In this document: positions 18,726 through 30,081 of the stretch, piece by piece
Position numbering within the stretch: the first letter of the stretch is position 1
Layout: each line of letters begins with the position of its first letter
Assembly: GCA_017887885.1 (NCBI GenBank)
Contig: JAGHHB010000017.1
Coordinates: 1-48,154 of the forward strand
Length of the DNA: 48,154 bases
Direction of reading: 5' to 3'
Source: Bacilli bacterium
GTDB taxonomy: Bacteria; Bacillota_I; Bacilli_A; RF39; UBA660
Notes under the pieces: model-generated
Seen by the model: only the letters and a program-made list of their open reading frames with translations
Database searches by the model: none
Told to the model about the DNA's origin: nothing
Position numbers and translations under genes: made by a program

Positions 18726-20486
18726 ATGTTTAAAGGAATAATTGCTATAACTAAAAATTATGCTATTGTAAAAATAGATGGTATTGTCAGTGACGATCTA
18801 CTTAATCTAAATGTTATTTTCGAAGAAAATAATAAAAAAATTTTAGGAGAAATTGAAGAAATTATCAATGGCGAAGCAAAAATTAATTTTTTAGGAGAAT
18901 TTCATAATAATAAGTTTTTTGATGGTATAATAAGAAAACCTAGCATAAATGCTTCTATTCGGATTATTAATGCTGACGAATTAAAAGAAATTACTGGAAA
19001 TAATGATCAATATAGTATGACACTTGGACTTTCGCCACTTTATAATGATACTCCTATTAAAATAAATATTGATGATATGTGGAGTAATCATAGTGCAATA
19101 TTTGGTAATACTGGATCTGGTAAAACCTATGGTGTAGCTAGAGTTGTTCAAAATTTATTTACTATGCCTAATTATATTCCTTTTAATAGTATTATGTTCA
19201 TATTTAATAATACTGATGAATATGACAGTGCATTTAGCTCTATTAACAGATATAATCCTAATTTTAATTATAAGCTTTTTACGACTAATACTGATAGTGA
19301 TAATAATTTACTTAAACTTCCTCTTTGGCTTTTATCAATCGATGATTATGCTAATATTTTAGATATCACTGAATATTCCCAAATTATGATCATTGAAAAA
19401 ATGCTTATATATGTGTCTTTATTTTCGAAGAATGACGAAGAGAGTAATAAATATAAAAATCATTTAATTGCTAAAGCTATCGTTTCTGTTTTATATTCTA
19501 ATCAGGTAGCGGCAAGAATAAGAGATCAAATTTTTTCTATTTTGACAGATTGCTATACAAAAGAATTAAATCTTGATGTTGAAATACCTGGTGTTGGTTA
19601 TACGAGATCTTTTAGAAAGTGTTTTGATATCGATAGCAAAGGAGAATTTGTGGAAAGAATCCTAATTACAGAATATATTAATAAATTTATTGATAATAAT
19701 ATTGAATGGAAAGAAGAATACATTCCTACTTATTTTACAATTAATGATCTAGAAGTCGCACTTAATTTCACACTTATTTCAGAAGGTCTTTTATTAAATG
19801 AGAAATCATATAGTGAAGCAACAGCATTGAAAGTTAAACTTCATACTATTGCTAATAGTTCTATAAGAAAATTTTTTGAGGTCGATAATTTTATTTCAAC
19901 AAGTGATTTTATATCTAATTTAATTTTAATTGGTAATAATAAAAGAGCACAAATTATTAACTTTGTTCTCGAAGGAATTGATGATAGATTAGCTAAAAAT
20001 TTAGTAAAAGTATATTCAAGAATATTATTTAATTTTTTAAAAACACTTCCTGTAAGAGGAAGTATGCCCATACATATTATGCTTGAAGAAGCGCATCGAT
20101 ATGTTCAAAAAGATAATGATATCAATATTTTAGGATATAATATTTTTGAAAGAATTGCTAAAGAAGGAAGAAAATTTGGTGTTGTACTTGATTTAATTAC
20201 TCAAAGACCGACTGAATTATCAGAAACTGTTATATCACAATGTAGTAATTTTCTAATCTTTAAGATTAATCATCCTAGCGATTTAGAATATATAGAAAAA
20301 ATGGTTCCTAATATTAGCAGTGATGTTATTGAAAAGCAAAAATCACTACAATCAGGAACTTGTGTAGCTTTTGGTAAAATGATGAAAATTCCTATGATTG
20401 TTAAAATGCAACTTCCTAGTCCACCTCCTGAAAGTTCTAATGCTAAAGTTTTTGATAAGTGGATGGTACAGTGGAAAAATAATTAA
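18726..20486 (+). CDS. HerA/FtsK-superfamily ATPase (DUF87-like), orphan
   Basis: N-terminal barrel-like region, Walker A GNTGSGKTY, Walker B IHIMLEEAHRY, distal motif GRKFGVVLDLITQRPTELSETVISQCSNFLIFKINHPSD. Confidence 0.75.
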   Translation: MFKGIIAITKNYAIVKIDGIVSDDLLNLNVIFEENNKKILGEIEEIINGEAKINFLGEFHNNKFFDGIIRKPSINASIRIINADELKEITGNNDQYSMTLGLSPLYNDTPIKINIDDMWSNHSAIFGNTGSGKTYGVARVVQNLFTMPNYIPFNSIMFIFNNTDEYDSAFSSINRYNPNFNYKLFTTNTDSDNNLLKLPLWLLSIDDYANILDITEYSQIMIIEKMLIYVSLFSKNDEESNKYKNHLIAKAIVSVLYSNQVAARIRDQIFSILTDCYTKELNLDVEIPGVGYTRSFRKCFDIDSKGEFVERILITEYINKFIDNNIEWKEEYIPTYFTINDLEVALNFTLISEGLLLNEKSYSEATALKVKLHTIANSSIRKFFEVDNFISTSDFISNLILIGNNKRAQIINFVLEGIDDRLAKNLVKVYSRILFNFLKTLPVRGSMPIHIMLEEAHRYVQKDNDINILGYNIFERIAKEGRKFGVVLDLITQRPTELSETVISQCSNFLIFKINHPSDLEYIEKMVPNISSDVIEKQKSLQSGTCVAFGKMMKIPMIVKMQLPSPPPESSNAKVFDKWMVQWKNN

Positions 20487-20487
20487 A

Positions 20488-20520
20488 AAAACCTTTTATT
20501 TGATAAGGTTTTTTCTTTTT
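20488..20520 (+). terminator. intrinsic terminator after the HerA-like gene
   Basis: Stem AAAACCTT / AAGGTTTT, 9-nt loop, T-rich tail. Confidence 0.7.
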
Positions 20521-20526
20521 TTCAAC

Positions 20527-20638
20527 TATATCAACAACCCTGTTGAAAAAAATATTAACACCTGTTATTTTATTTTATCAACAAATTTGTTGATATCTTT
20601 ATTTTTCTTTTAATTATAAAGGTTTAAGTTGTTGATAA
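20527..20638. promoter_or_regulatory. oriC part 1: DnaA-box cluster upstream of dnaA
   Basis: ATATCAACA (20528-20536, +), TTATCAACA (20575-20583, +), ATATCAACA (20588-20596, -), TTATCAACA (20630-20638, -). The middle two form the palindrome TTATCAACAAATTTGTTGATAT. Confidence 0.75.
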
Positions 20639-20671
20639 ATTGTTAAATTACTTGTTATTATAAAAAAAAAC

Positions 20672-20699
20672 TAGACAAAATTTATTTTTGCGTTATAAT
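20672..20699 (+). promoter_or_regulatory. putative dnaA promoter
   Basis: -35 TAGACA (20672-20677), 16-bp spacer, -10 TATAAT (20694-20699). Confidence 0.5.
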
Positions 20700-20735
20700 A
20701 ATTTTAATGGGACTTTAAAGCAAGGAGGTTTGGGA

Positions 20736-22094
20736 ATGAACACAGATATGTTATGGAATAATTTTTTAAATAAAATTAAAGAACGTATATCTCCTTTATC
20801 TTATGATACTTGGTTTAAAGATACTAAACTTTATAAAATTGAAAAAAATTTAGCTATTATTATTGTTCCAATGATTCTACATAAAAAACATTTGGAAGAA
20901 AATTATAAAGATGATATTGAAGAAATTTTTAATTCAATTACTGGTACTAATTTTATATTCCAATTTAAACTAGAAAGTGAATTATCAGATAGTTATGAAA
21001 AAAGTGAGCAAATTGTCAACGATCTTGGTGGAGTACCATACCAAAGTAGTGTTAGTGCCAATTTGAAAAGTGAATATACTTTTGATAATTTTATTGTTGG
21101 TGATTCAAATAGATTTGCCTTTACGGCCGCTAGAGCGGTGGCAGAAAAGCCTGGTAAAGCTTATAATCCTTTATTTTTATATGGCAAAAGCGGTTTAGGG
21201 AAAACGCATTTAATGCACTCTATTGGCAATTATATCATTGAAAATTCTAATAAAAAAGTACTTTATGTATCTAGCGAACAATTTGTAAATGATTATATTA
21301 TGGCTGTTCGAAATAATGATAAAAATAGCTTTGAGAAAATAGATTCTTTTAAAAACAAATACCGTAATATTGATGTTCTAATTATAGATGATATTCAGTT
21401 TTTAGGCACTGCAACAAAAGGACAAGAAGAATTCTTTCATACTTTTAATCAATTACATGATTCTAATAAGCAAATAATTATTGCTTCTGACAGATCGGTT
21501 GATGATTTAAAAATGTTAGAAGACCGTCTAATTACAAGATTTAATTGGGGGCTTACCGCTAATATTACACCACCAGATTTTAACTTAAGGGTAAATATTA
21601 TAAAGAAAAAAATATCACACCAAGAGGCTGCTGAAGATATTCCTATCGAAGTTATAGAATACATTGCTAATATTAATGATTCAGACGTTAGACAATTAGA
21701 GGGAGCAATTACAAGAGTGTTTGCTTATGCTCTAATGATGAATAAAGGAAAAGTTACTTTAGATGTAGCAGTTGAAGCTTTAAAAGATAGAATTAGTGAT
21801 CGAAGTGTCTATAAAAATGACGTACATAGAATACAAAGAATCGTATGCGAATATTTTAAAATAGATATTGAAGATTTAAAAGGAAAGAAAAGAAGTAAAG
21901 ATATAAATTATCCACGACAAATTGCTATTTATTTATGCCGAATTATGACAAATGAATCTTTTCCTAAAATGGGTACTTATTTTGGAGGAAGAGATCATTC
22001 TACTATTATTAGTGCTTATCAAAAAATAGAAAAAGATTTAAAAACAAATAGTCAGTTACAAACAGTAATTAAAGAACTAAAAAGTAGGATATAG
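20736..22094 (+). CDS. dnaA: chromosomal replication initiator DnaA
   Basis: AAA+ motifs (LFLYGKSGLGKTHL, VLIIDDIQF). C-terminal DNA-binding domain (YPRQIAIYLCR, GGRDHSTI). ATG at 20736 follows RBS AGGAGG; the track start at 20688 is unlikely. Confidence 0.96.
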   Translation: MNTDMLWNNFLNKIKERISPLSYDTWFKDTKLYKIEKNLAIIIVPMILHKKHLEENYKDDIEEIFNSITGTNFIFQFKLESELSDSYEKSEQIVNDLGGVPYQSSVSANLKSEYTFDNFIVGDSNRFAFTAARAVAEKPGKAYNPLFLYGKSGLGKTHLMHSIGNYIIENSNKKVLYVSSEQFVNDYIMAVRNNDKNSFEKIDSFKNKYRNIDVLIIDDIQFLGTATKGQEEFFHTFNQLHDSNKQIIIASDRSVDDLKMLEDRLITRFNWGLTANITPPDFNLRVNIIKKKISHQEAAEDIPIEVIEYIANINDSDVRQLEGAITRVFAYALMMNKGKVTLDVAVEALKDRISDRSVYKNDVHRIQRIVCEYFKIDIEDLKGKKRSKDINYPRQIAIYLCRIMTNESFPKMGTYFGGRDHSTIISAYQKIEKDLKTNSQLQTVIKELKSRI

Positions 22095-22196
22095 TTGATA
22101 ACTTTCATTTTATCAACAGCTACTGTGGAGAAAAAAACTTTATTAATAAAGAGAATATACTGGTTTTAAACAATATCAACAGTATAATAATAATAA
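22093..22196. promoter_or_regulatory. oriC part 2: DnaA boxes plus a TAA-repeat tract between dnaA and dnaN
   Basis: TTATCAACT (22093-22101, -, overlaps the dnaA stop), TTATCAACA (22110-22118, +), TTCTCCACA (22124-22132, -), ATATCAACA (22173-22181, +), then (TAA)x4 at 22185-22196. Confidence 0.7.
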
Positions 22197-22218
22197 TTTA
22201 TAGAAAGAGGATGATTAT

Positions 22219-23328
22219 ATGAAATTTATAGTAAAAAAAGAAATATTAATGGAAAGTTTAAATAATACAGCTAGAGCAATATCAACTAAAAATTTAATTC
22301 CTATTTTAACAGGAATTAAATTTGAACTAAAAAAAGAAGGTTTATATTTATATGCTAGTGACACGGATGTATCTATTAGGACTTTTATTTCTGCAGATAA
22401 ACTTACTTGTATTGAAGAAGGTAGTATTGTTATAGGGGGAAAATATATTGTTGAAATTGTCAAAAAGCTTCCTAATACTGATATTACAATGGAGGTTATT
22501 GATGGTTACAAATTAATTATTAGTACAGACAATACTGAATTTAACTTGAATGGTATTAATCCTAATGAATTTCCTAATTTAGATTTAGATGAAACAAAAG
22601 AACCAATAGTTATTCATAATAATGTTTTTAAAGATATTGTTAATCAAACTGTCTTTGCTACTTCACAAAATGAATCAAGACCACTTTTAACAGGAATAAA
22701 TTTTAGAATTATAAATGGAGAACTAGAAGTTTTAGCTACTGATTCTTATCGACTAGCTAGAAAATTAGTAACTATCGATAAAGAAGGAGATAGTGATATT
22801 AATATTGTTATACCTGGAAAGAATTTACTTGAACTTGTAAAAATGATTGATGATAATGGTACAATCGAAATGCATCTATTTAGTAATAAAATTTTATTTA
22901 AATATGAAAATATGATCTTTTTATCTCGTCTTTTAAGCGGTACTTATCCGACTACTTCTAGTATCATTCCAAATAGTTTTAATATTGAATTAGAATGTAA
23001 TTTTAGTGATTTATTTAATATGATTGATAGGGCTTCACTTCTTACTTCAGATAGAGAAAAAAATACGATTAAGTTATCACTTGATAAAAATAAGTTGATG
23101 ATTTCTTCTAATAGTCCTGAAATTGGTAAAGTCGAAGAAAAAATAGAAGTCATTTCTGATAAAAAAATTGATATTTCTTTTAGTGCAAAGTTTATGCTTG
23201 ATGCTATTAAAAGTTTTAATCAAGATAAAATTCTTATTTGTATGAATAATGATAGTTCGCCAATTGTTATTAAATCACAAAAAGATCCTTCTTTAATTCA
23301 ATTAGTTTTACCTATTAAAACTTCATAA
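22219..23328 (+). CDS. dnaN: DNA polymerase III beta sliding clamp
   Basis: Canonical position after dnaA. N-terminus MKFIVKKEIL..L. Three-domain length (369 aa). ATDSYRLA motif. Confidence 0.93.
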   Translation: MKFIVKKEILMESLNNTARAISTKNLIPILTGIKFELKKEGLYLYASDTDVSIRTFISADKLTCIEEGSIVIGGKYIVEIVKKLPNTDITMEVIDGYKLIISTDNTEFNLNGINPNEFPNLDLDETKEPIVIHNNVFKDIVNQTVFATSQNESRPLLTGINFRIINGELEVLATDSYRLARKLVTIDKEGDSDINIVIPGKNLLELVKMIDDNGTIEMHLFSNKILFKYENMIFLSRLLSGTYPTTSSIIPNSFNIELECNFSDLFNMIDRASLLTSDREKNTIKLSLDKNKLMISSNSPEIGKVEEKIEVISDKKIDISFSAKFMLDAIKSFNQDKILICMNNDSSPIVIKSQKDPSLIQLVLPIKTS

Positions 23329-23342
23329 AACAGCATTATTTT

Positions 23343-23375
23343 ATATAGAAGATTTATTCTTCTATATTTTTTTTT
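23343..23375 (+). terminator. intrinsic terminator after dnaN
   Basis: 10-bp stem ATATAGAAGA / TCTTCTATAT, loop TTTAT, T-run. Confidence 0.75.
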
Positions 23376-23379
23376 ATCT

Positions 23380-23419
23380 TGTCGACAATAATTGACTATT
23401 TTCGACAATTTATTATGCT
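23380..23419 (+). promoter_or_regulatory. putative promoter of the ComK-like gene flanked by Spo0A-box-like motifs
   Basis: TGTCGACA (23380-23387) and TTCGACA (23401-23407; reverse complement TGTCGAA) bracket -35 TTGACT (23392-23397). Weak -10 TATGCT (23414-23419). Confidence 0.35.
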
Positions 23420-23464
23420 TAAATATACACTACATATTTTTATATGTGGAAAGGGGGAATTTTG

Positions 23465-23920
23465 GTGAACGATTATATTATTAATGAAAATACTTTATGT
23501 TTTGCTCAAGATATGGATAATGATGACACTTTACTTGTAATCGAAAAAACGAAGAAAATAAATATCAAAATGAAATGTCTTAAATTTATTAATAAATGTT
23601 GTTGTTGCTATGGTTACTCTTATAATATGCAAAGACAGTTTGTTATCGATAAATTTAACTTTTATATTAAGACACCAATTATTGTATCTGAGTATAATAT
23701 GTTTATTTTCTTTCCGACAGCTTCACCTCATTCAAAAGATTGTATATGGATTTCATATAATAATGTCGAGAGATATGTTAAAGAAAAAGATTATACAAAA
23801 GTATATTTTAAAGGCGGAAAAGTTTTAAATATTAACGCTAAATATACTACCATTGATAATCAAATTACAAAGTGCATTAAAATTGAAAGATACTTGAATA
23901 ATTTGAAGATGAAAAGATAA
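23465..23920 (+). CDS. ComK-family transcription factor
   Basis: Aligns by eye with B. subtilis ComK: CCCCYGYSY vs CRFFGSSY, KTPIIVSEYNMFIFFPTASPHSKDCIWIS vs KPPIMVDPSNQIFLFPTLSSTRPQCGWIS. GTG at 23465 follows RBS AAGGGGG; the alternative ATG is at 23444. Confidence 0.75.
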   Translation: MNDYIINENTLCFAQDMDNDDTLLVIEKTKKINIKMKCLKFINKCCCCYGYSYNMQRQFVIDKFNFYIKTPIIVSEYNMFIFFPTASPHSKDCIWISYNNVERYVKEKDYTKVYFKGGKVLNINAKYTTIDNQITKCIKIERYLNNLKMKR

Positions 23921-23958
23921 AATTTCTATCTTTTTATCTTTTTTTTACTGTTATTTTA

Positions 23959-23967
23959 TGATATAAT
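23959..23967 (+). promoter_or_regulatory. extended -10 element upstream of recF
   Basis: TGATATAAT, followed by the hairpin ATGTAC-AGGG-GTACAT (23973-23988). Confidence 0.4.
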
Positions 23968-24009
23968 TATATATGTACAGGGGTACATAAAATTAAGAAA
24001 GGTGAATTT

Positions 24010-24032
24010 ATGAGTACAAAAAATGCTTTTAA

Positions 24033-24036
<4 letters not shown>
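24010..24036 (+). CDS. 8-codon upstream mini-ORF (MSTKNAFK) overlapping the recF start
   Basis: Strong RBS AAAGGTGA lies 5 nt before ATG 24010. Its TGA stop (24034-24036) overlaps the recF ATG (24033-24035) as ATGA. Confidence 0.3.
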
Positions 24037-27096
<3,060 letters not shown>

Positions 27097-27111
27097 GGGT
27101 GGTGATTTTTA

Positions 27112-29610
27112 ATGGAAAATGAAGAAAACAAATTAGATGTTCTAAAAACAGAAACTGAAAAGAGTAATTTTAGTGATCGTTTTCATGAAAGGGATAGTCT
27201 TTTAGAAAATAATATTGTTGAAGAAGTTAAAAATTCTTTTTTGGAGTATTCAATGAGCGTCATCACTTCACGTGTTTTACCAGATTTACGTGATGGTCTT
27301 AAACCTGTTCATAGAAGAATTTTATGGAGTATGTATAATTCTGGATATACTCCTGATAAACCTCATCGAAAATCTGCTAAAACTGTCGGTGAAGTTATGG
27401 GTAATTATCATCCACATGGCGATAGTTCAATATATGAAGCAATGGTTAGAATGGCTCAAGATTTTAAACAACGATATTTGTTAATTGACGGACATGGTAA
27501 TTTTGGTAATATTGAAGGTGATGGTCCCGCAGCAATGCGTTATACCGAATCACGTTTATCTAAATTATCTTTAGAATTACTTAGTGATATTAAGAAAAAT
27601 ACTGTTGATATGATTAAAAACTTTGATGAAACTTTAGAAGAACCAGTTGTTTTGCCAAGTAGATTCCCTAATATTTTAGTTAATGGTACAATGGGAATTG
27701 CAGTTGGAATGGCGACTAATATTCCCCCTCACAATTTAGGTGAAGTCATTGATGGTTGTATTGCTTATATTGATAATCACGATATTGATACATTGGAATT
27801 AATGCAATATATTAAGGGGCCAGACTTTCCTACAGGTGGTATAATTCTTGGTAATTCTGGTATTCGAAAAGCTTATGAAACAGGAAGAGGCTCTATTACA
27901 ATTCGCAGTAAGGCTGTTATTGAAGAAAGTAATAATCATAATAGTATTGTAATTACAGAAGTTCCTTATGGTGTCAGTACTATGGAATTAAAAAATAAGG
28001 TTGCTGAACTTGTCAGAGATAAAATAATTGATGGCATATCTGATTATCATACCGATTTAAAAAATGGTGTTAAAATAACTATTACATTAAAAAGAGATGC
28101 TAATCCTCAAGTTGTTCTTAATAACTTATATAAACATACTAACTTTCAAATTTCTTATGGTATTATCTTTTTGATGCTAGATGGTAAAAATCCAAGAACA
28201 CTTGGTATTAAGGATATTATTTCCAAGTATATTGATTATCAAAAGGAAGTAATTATAAGAAGAACTAGATTTGATTTAGAAAAAGACGAGAAGCGCGTTC
28301 ATATTCTGGAAGGTTATAAAATCGCTTTAGATGATATTGATGAAGTAATTAGAATAATTAAAACCGCTAATAGTGATGTTGAAGCTAAAAAGAAATTGAT
28401 AGAAAAATTTGATTTCTCTGACCTTCAAGTTGATGCTATTTTGGAATTGAAATTACGTCGTTTAACAGGTCTAGAAAGAGAAAAAATTGAATCAGAATTA
28501 AAAGAATTATTGCTTGAAATTGCTGATCTTAAAGCAATTTTAGCATCAGAAAAAAAGATTCTTGATATTATAAAAAGAGAACTTCTAGAAATTAAAAATA
28601 AATATAGTGATGACAGAAGGACACATATCGATATGACTGCAGTGGAATATATAGAAGATGAGAGTCTAATACCTGAAGAGAGCATTGTTATTACTTTAAC
28701 AAAAAATGGCTATATTAAAAGGCTTCCATCCGATACTTATAAAACACAAAATCGTGGTGGCATGGGCATTAAAGGTATGACTATTAATGAGGAAGATTTT
28801 GTTGAACATTTAATTAATTCTACTACACATGATTATATTTTAATGTTTAGCAATAAAGGTAAAGTGTATCGTATTAAAGGATATGAAATTCCTGAATATA
28901 GTAGACAATCTAAAGGCTTACCAATTATTAATTTGCTTAATTTAGATAAAGATGAGAAGATTACATCACTCCTTAAAATATCTAATAATGGCGAATATAA
29001 GTATTTAGTATTTGCTACAAAGATGGGTTTAATTAAACGTACTGATATTTCTGAATTTATTAATATCAGAAATAATGGTAAAAAGGCTATAAATTTGAGA
29101 GCTGACGATGAGTTAGTATCCGTTAAAAAAACAACTGGTGAAGATGATATTTTAATGGCTTCTTCTAATGGTCGAATGGTTAGATTTAAAGAAAATGTGG
29201 TAAGAGTACTCGGAAGATCTGCTGCCGGTGTTAGGGGTATTAATCTTGACGGAGGAGTTCTTGTTGATATGGAGATTGCAAATGCTAGTGAATATATACT
29301 TGTTATTACACAGAAAGGTTATGGTAAAAAAACTCCTACTAGCGAATATAGAATCACAAATAGAGGAGGAAAAGGTGTCAAGACTGTTAATATTACTGAA
29401 AAAAATGGCCCAATTGTTTCGTTTAAAACTGTTGATGAAAATAAGGATTTGATTATTATAACTGATTCCGGTATTGTTATTCGCCTCGATATAGATAAAA
29501 TTTCTATTATGAGTAGAGTTACACAGGGTGTGAAATTAATTAATTTAAAGGAAAATAATGTAGTAACTTCGACATCTATTGTTGATAAAGAAAAAATAGA
29601 GACAGAGTAG
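27112..29610 (+). CDS. gyrA: DNA gyrase subunit A
   Basis: [28 protein letters not shown], and the active-site region AAMRYTE. Confidence 0.97.
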   Translation: MENEENKLDVLKTETEKSNFSDRFHERDSLLENNIVEEVKNSFLEYSMSVITSRVLPDLRDGLKPVHRRILWSMYNSGYTPDKPHRKSAKTVGEVMGNYHPHGDSSIYEAMVRMAQDFKQRYLLIDGHGNFGNIEGDGPAAMRYTESRLSKLSLELLSDIKKNTVDMIKNFDETLEEPVVLPSRFPNILVNGTMGIAVGMATNIPPHNLGEVIDGCIAYIDNHDIDTLELMQYIKGPDFPTGGIILGNSGIRKAYETGRGSITIRSKAVIEESNNHNSIVITEVPYGVSTMELKNKVAELVRDKIIDGISDYHTDLKNGVKITITLKRDANPQVVLNNLYKHTNFQISYGIIFLMLDGKNPRTLGIKDIISKYIDYQKEVIIRRTRFDLEKDEKRVHILEGYKIALDDIDEVIRIIKTANSDVEAKKKLIEKFDFSDLQVDAILELKLRRLTGLEREKIESELKELLLEIADLKAILASEKKILDIIKRELLEIKNKYSDDRRTHIDMTAVEYIEDESLIPEESIVITLTKNGYIKRLPSDTYKTQNRGGMGIKGMTINEEDFVEHLINSTTHDYILMFSNKGKVYRIKGYEIPEYSRQSKGLPIINLLNLDKDEKITSLLKISNNGEYKYLVFATKMGLIKRTDISEFINIRNNGKKAINLRADDELVSVKKTTGEDDILMASSNGRMVRFKENVVRVLGRSAAGVRGINLDGGVLVDMEIANASEYILVITQKGYGKKTPTSEYRITNRGGKGVKTVNITEKNGPIVSFKTVDENKDLIIITDSGIVIRLDIDKISIMSRVTQGVKLINLKENNVVTSTSIVDKEKIETE

Positions 29611-29629
29611 ATAAAATTAAATTAAAATT

Positions 29630-29660
29630 ATTGACTAATGGATTTGGTCAATAGTTTTTT
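29630..29660 (+). terminator. intrinsic terminator after gyrA
   Basis: 9-bp stem ATTGACTAA / TTGGTCAAT (including one G-U pair), 5-nt loop, T-run. Confidence 0.65.
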
Positions 29661-29666
29661 GTTTTA

Positions 29667-29692
29667 TAAATTATTTTCCGGGAAATAATTTA
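29667..29692. promoter_or_regulatory. NBS-type palindrome, copy 3 (variant)
   Basis: TAAATTATTTTCCGGGAAATAATTTA. Same element with a single C-to-T change in the core (TTCCGGG instead of TCCCGGG). Confidence 0.55.
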
Positions 29693-29734
29693 ACTCGAAC
29701 AGTTGTTTGCTTTATGCATGCGTTTTAATTAATA

Positions 29735-29763
29735 TTGCAATATTAATCAAAATATTATATAAT
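29735..29763 (+). promoter_or_regulatory. promoter of the SRP RNA gene
   Basis: -35 TTGCAA (29735-29740), 17-bp spacer, -10 TATAAT (29758-29763). Confidence 0.6.
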
Positions 29764-29769
29764 GTATTC

Positions 29770-29850
29770 GATACAACATTAATTAGTGGAACCAAGTCAG
29801 GAACGGAAGTTAGCAGCTTTAACACTTAATTAATGTGTGTATCTTTTTTT
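29770..29850 (+). ncRNA. ffs: signal recognition particle RNA, short 4.5S-like form
   Basis: Conserved domain IV sequence CCAAGUCAGGAACGGAAGUUAGCAGC (E. coli CCAGGUCAGGUCCGGAAGGAAGCAGC) with a GGAA tetraloop. A long closing helix pairs GATACAACATTAATTAGTG with CACTTAATTAATGTGTGTATC, followed by a T7 run. Lies near tadA and dnaX, as scr does in B. subtilis. Confidence 0.85.
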
Positions 29851-29903
29851 ATTTAAAATGTATTTTATATTATATGGATAGATATAAACTAAATTAAAAA
29901 ACA

Positions 29904-29919
29904 TGTTCCACGTGGAACA
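29904..29919. promoter_or_regulatory. parS-type ParB/Spo0J binding site 1
   Basis: TGTTCCACGTGGAACA, a perfect palindrome. It has one mismatch to TGTTNCACGTGAAACA, and both half-sites are TGTTCCAC. Confidence 0.75.
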
Positions 29920-29984
29920 TAGAAATATATAAAACTTGAATAATTAGTCTTAATACGAAAGATATAAACTAAAATAATAAATAA

Positions 29985-30000
29985 TGTTTCACGTGGAACA
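29985..30000. promoter_or_regulatory. parS-type ParB/Spo0J binding site 2
   Basis: TGTTTCACGTGGAACA. Its reverse complement TGTTCCACGTGAAACA matches the B. subtilis parS consensus exactly. Confidence 0.8.
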
Positions 30001-30065
30001 TAGAAATATATAAAACTTGAATAATTAGTCTTAATATGAAAGATATAAACTGAATTAATGAATAA

Positions 30066-30081
30066 TGTTTCACGTGGAACA
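30066..30081. promoter_or_regulatory. parS-type ParB/Spo0J binding site 3
   Basis: TGTTTCACGTGGAACA, identical to site 2. It lies 62 nt upstream of the tadA ATG. Confidence 0.8.

Noticed and set aside
29904-30081. GTTC/GAAC-containing palindromes considered as LexA (Cheo) boxes or CRP/FNR sites
   Set aside because: The Cheo box is GAAC-N4-GTTC, whereas here the order is GTTC-N6-GAAC. The full 16-mer matches parS exactly, which is a far better explanation.
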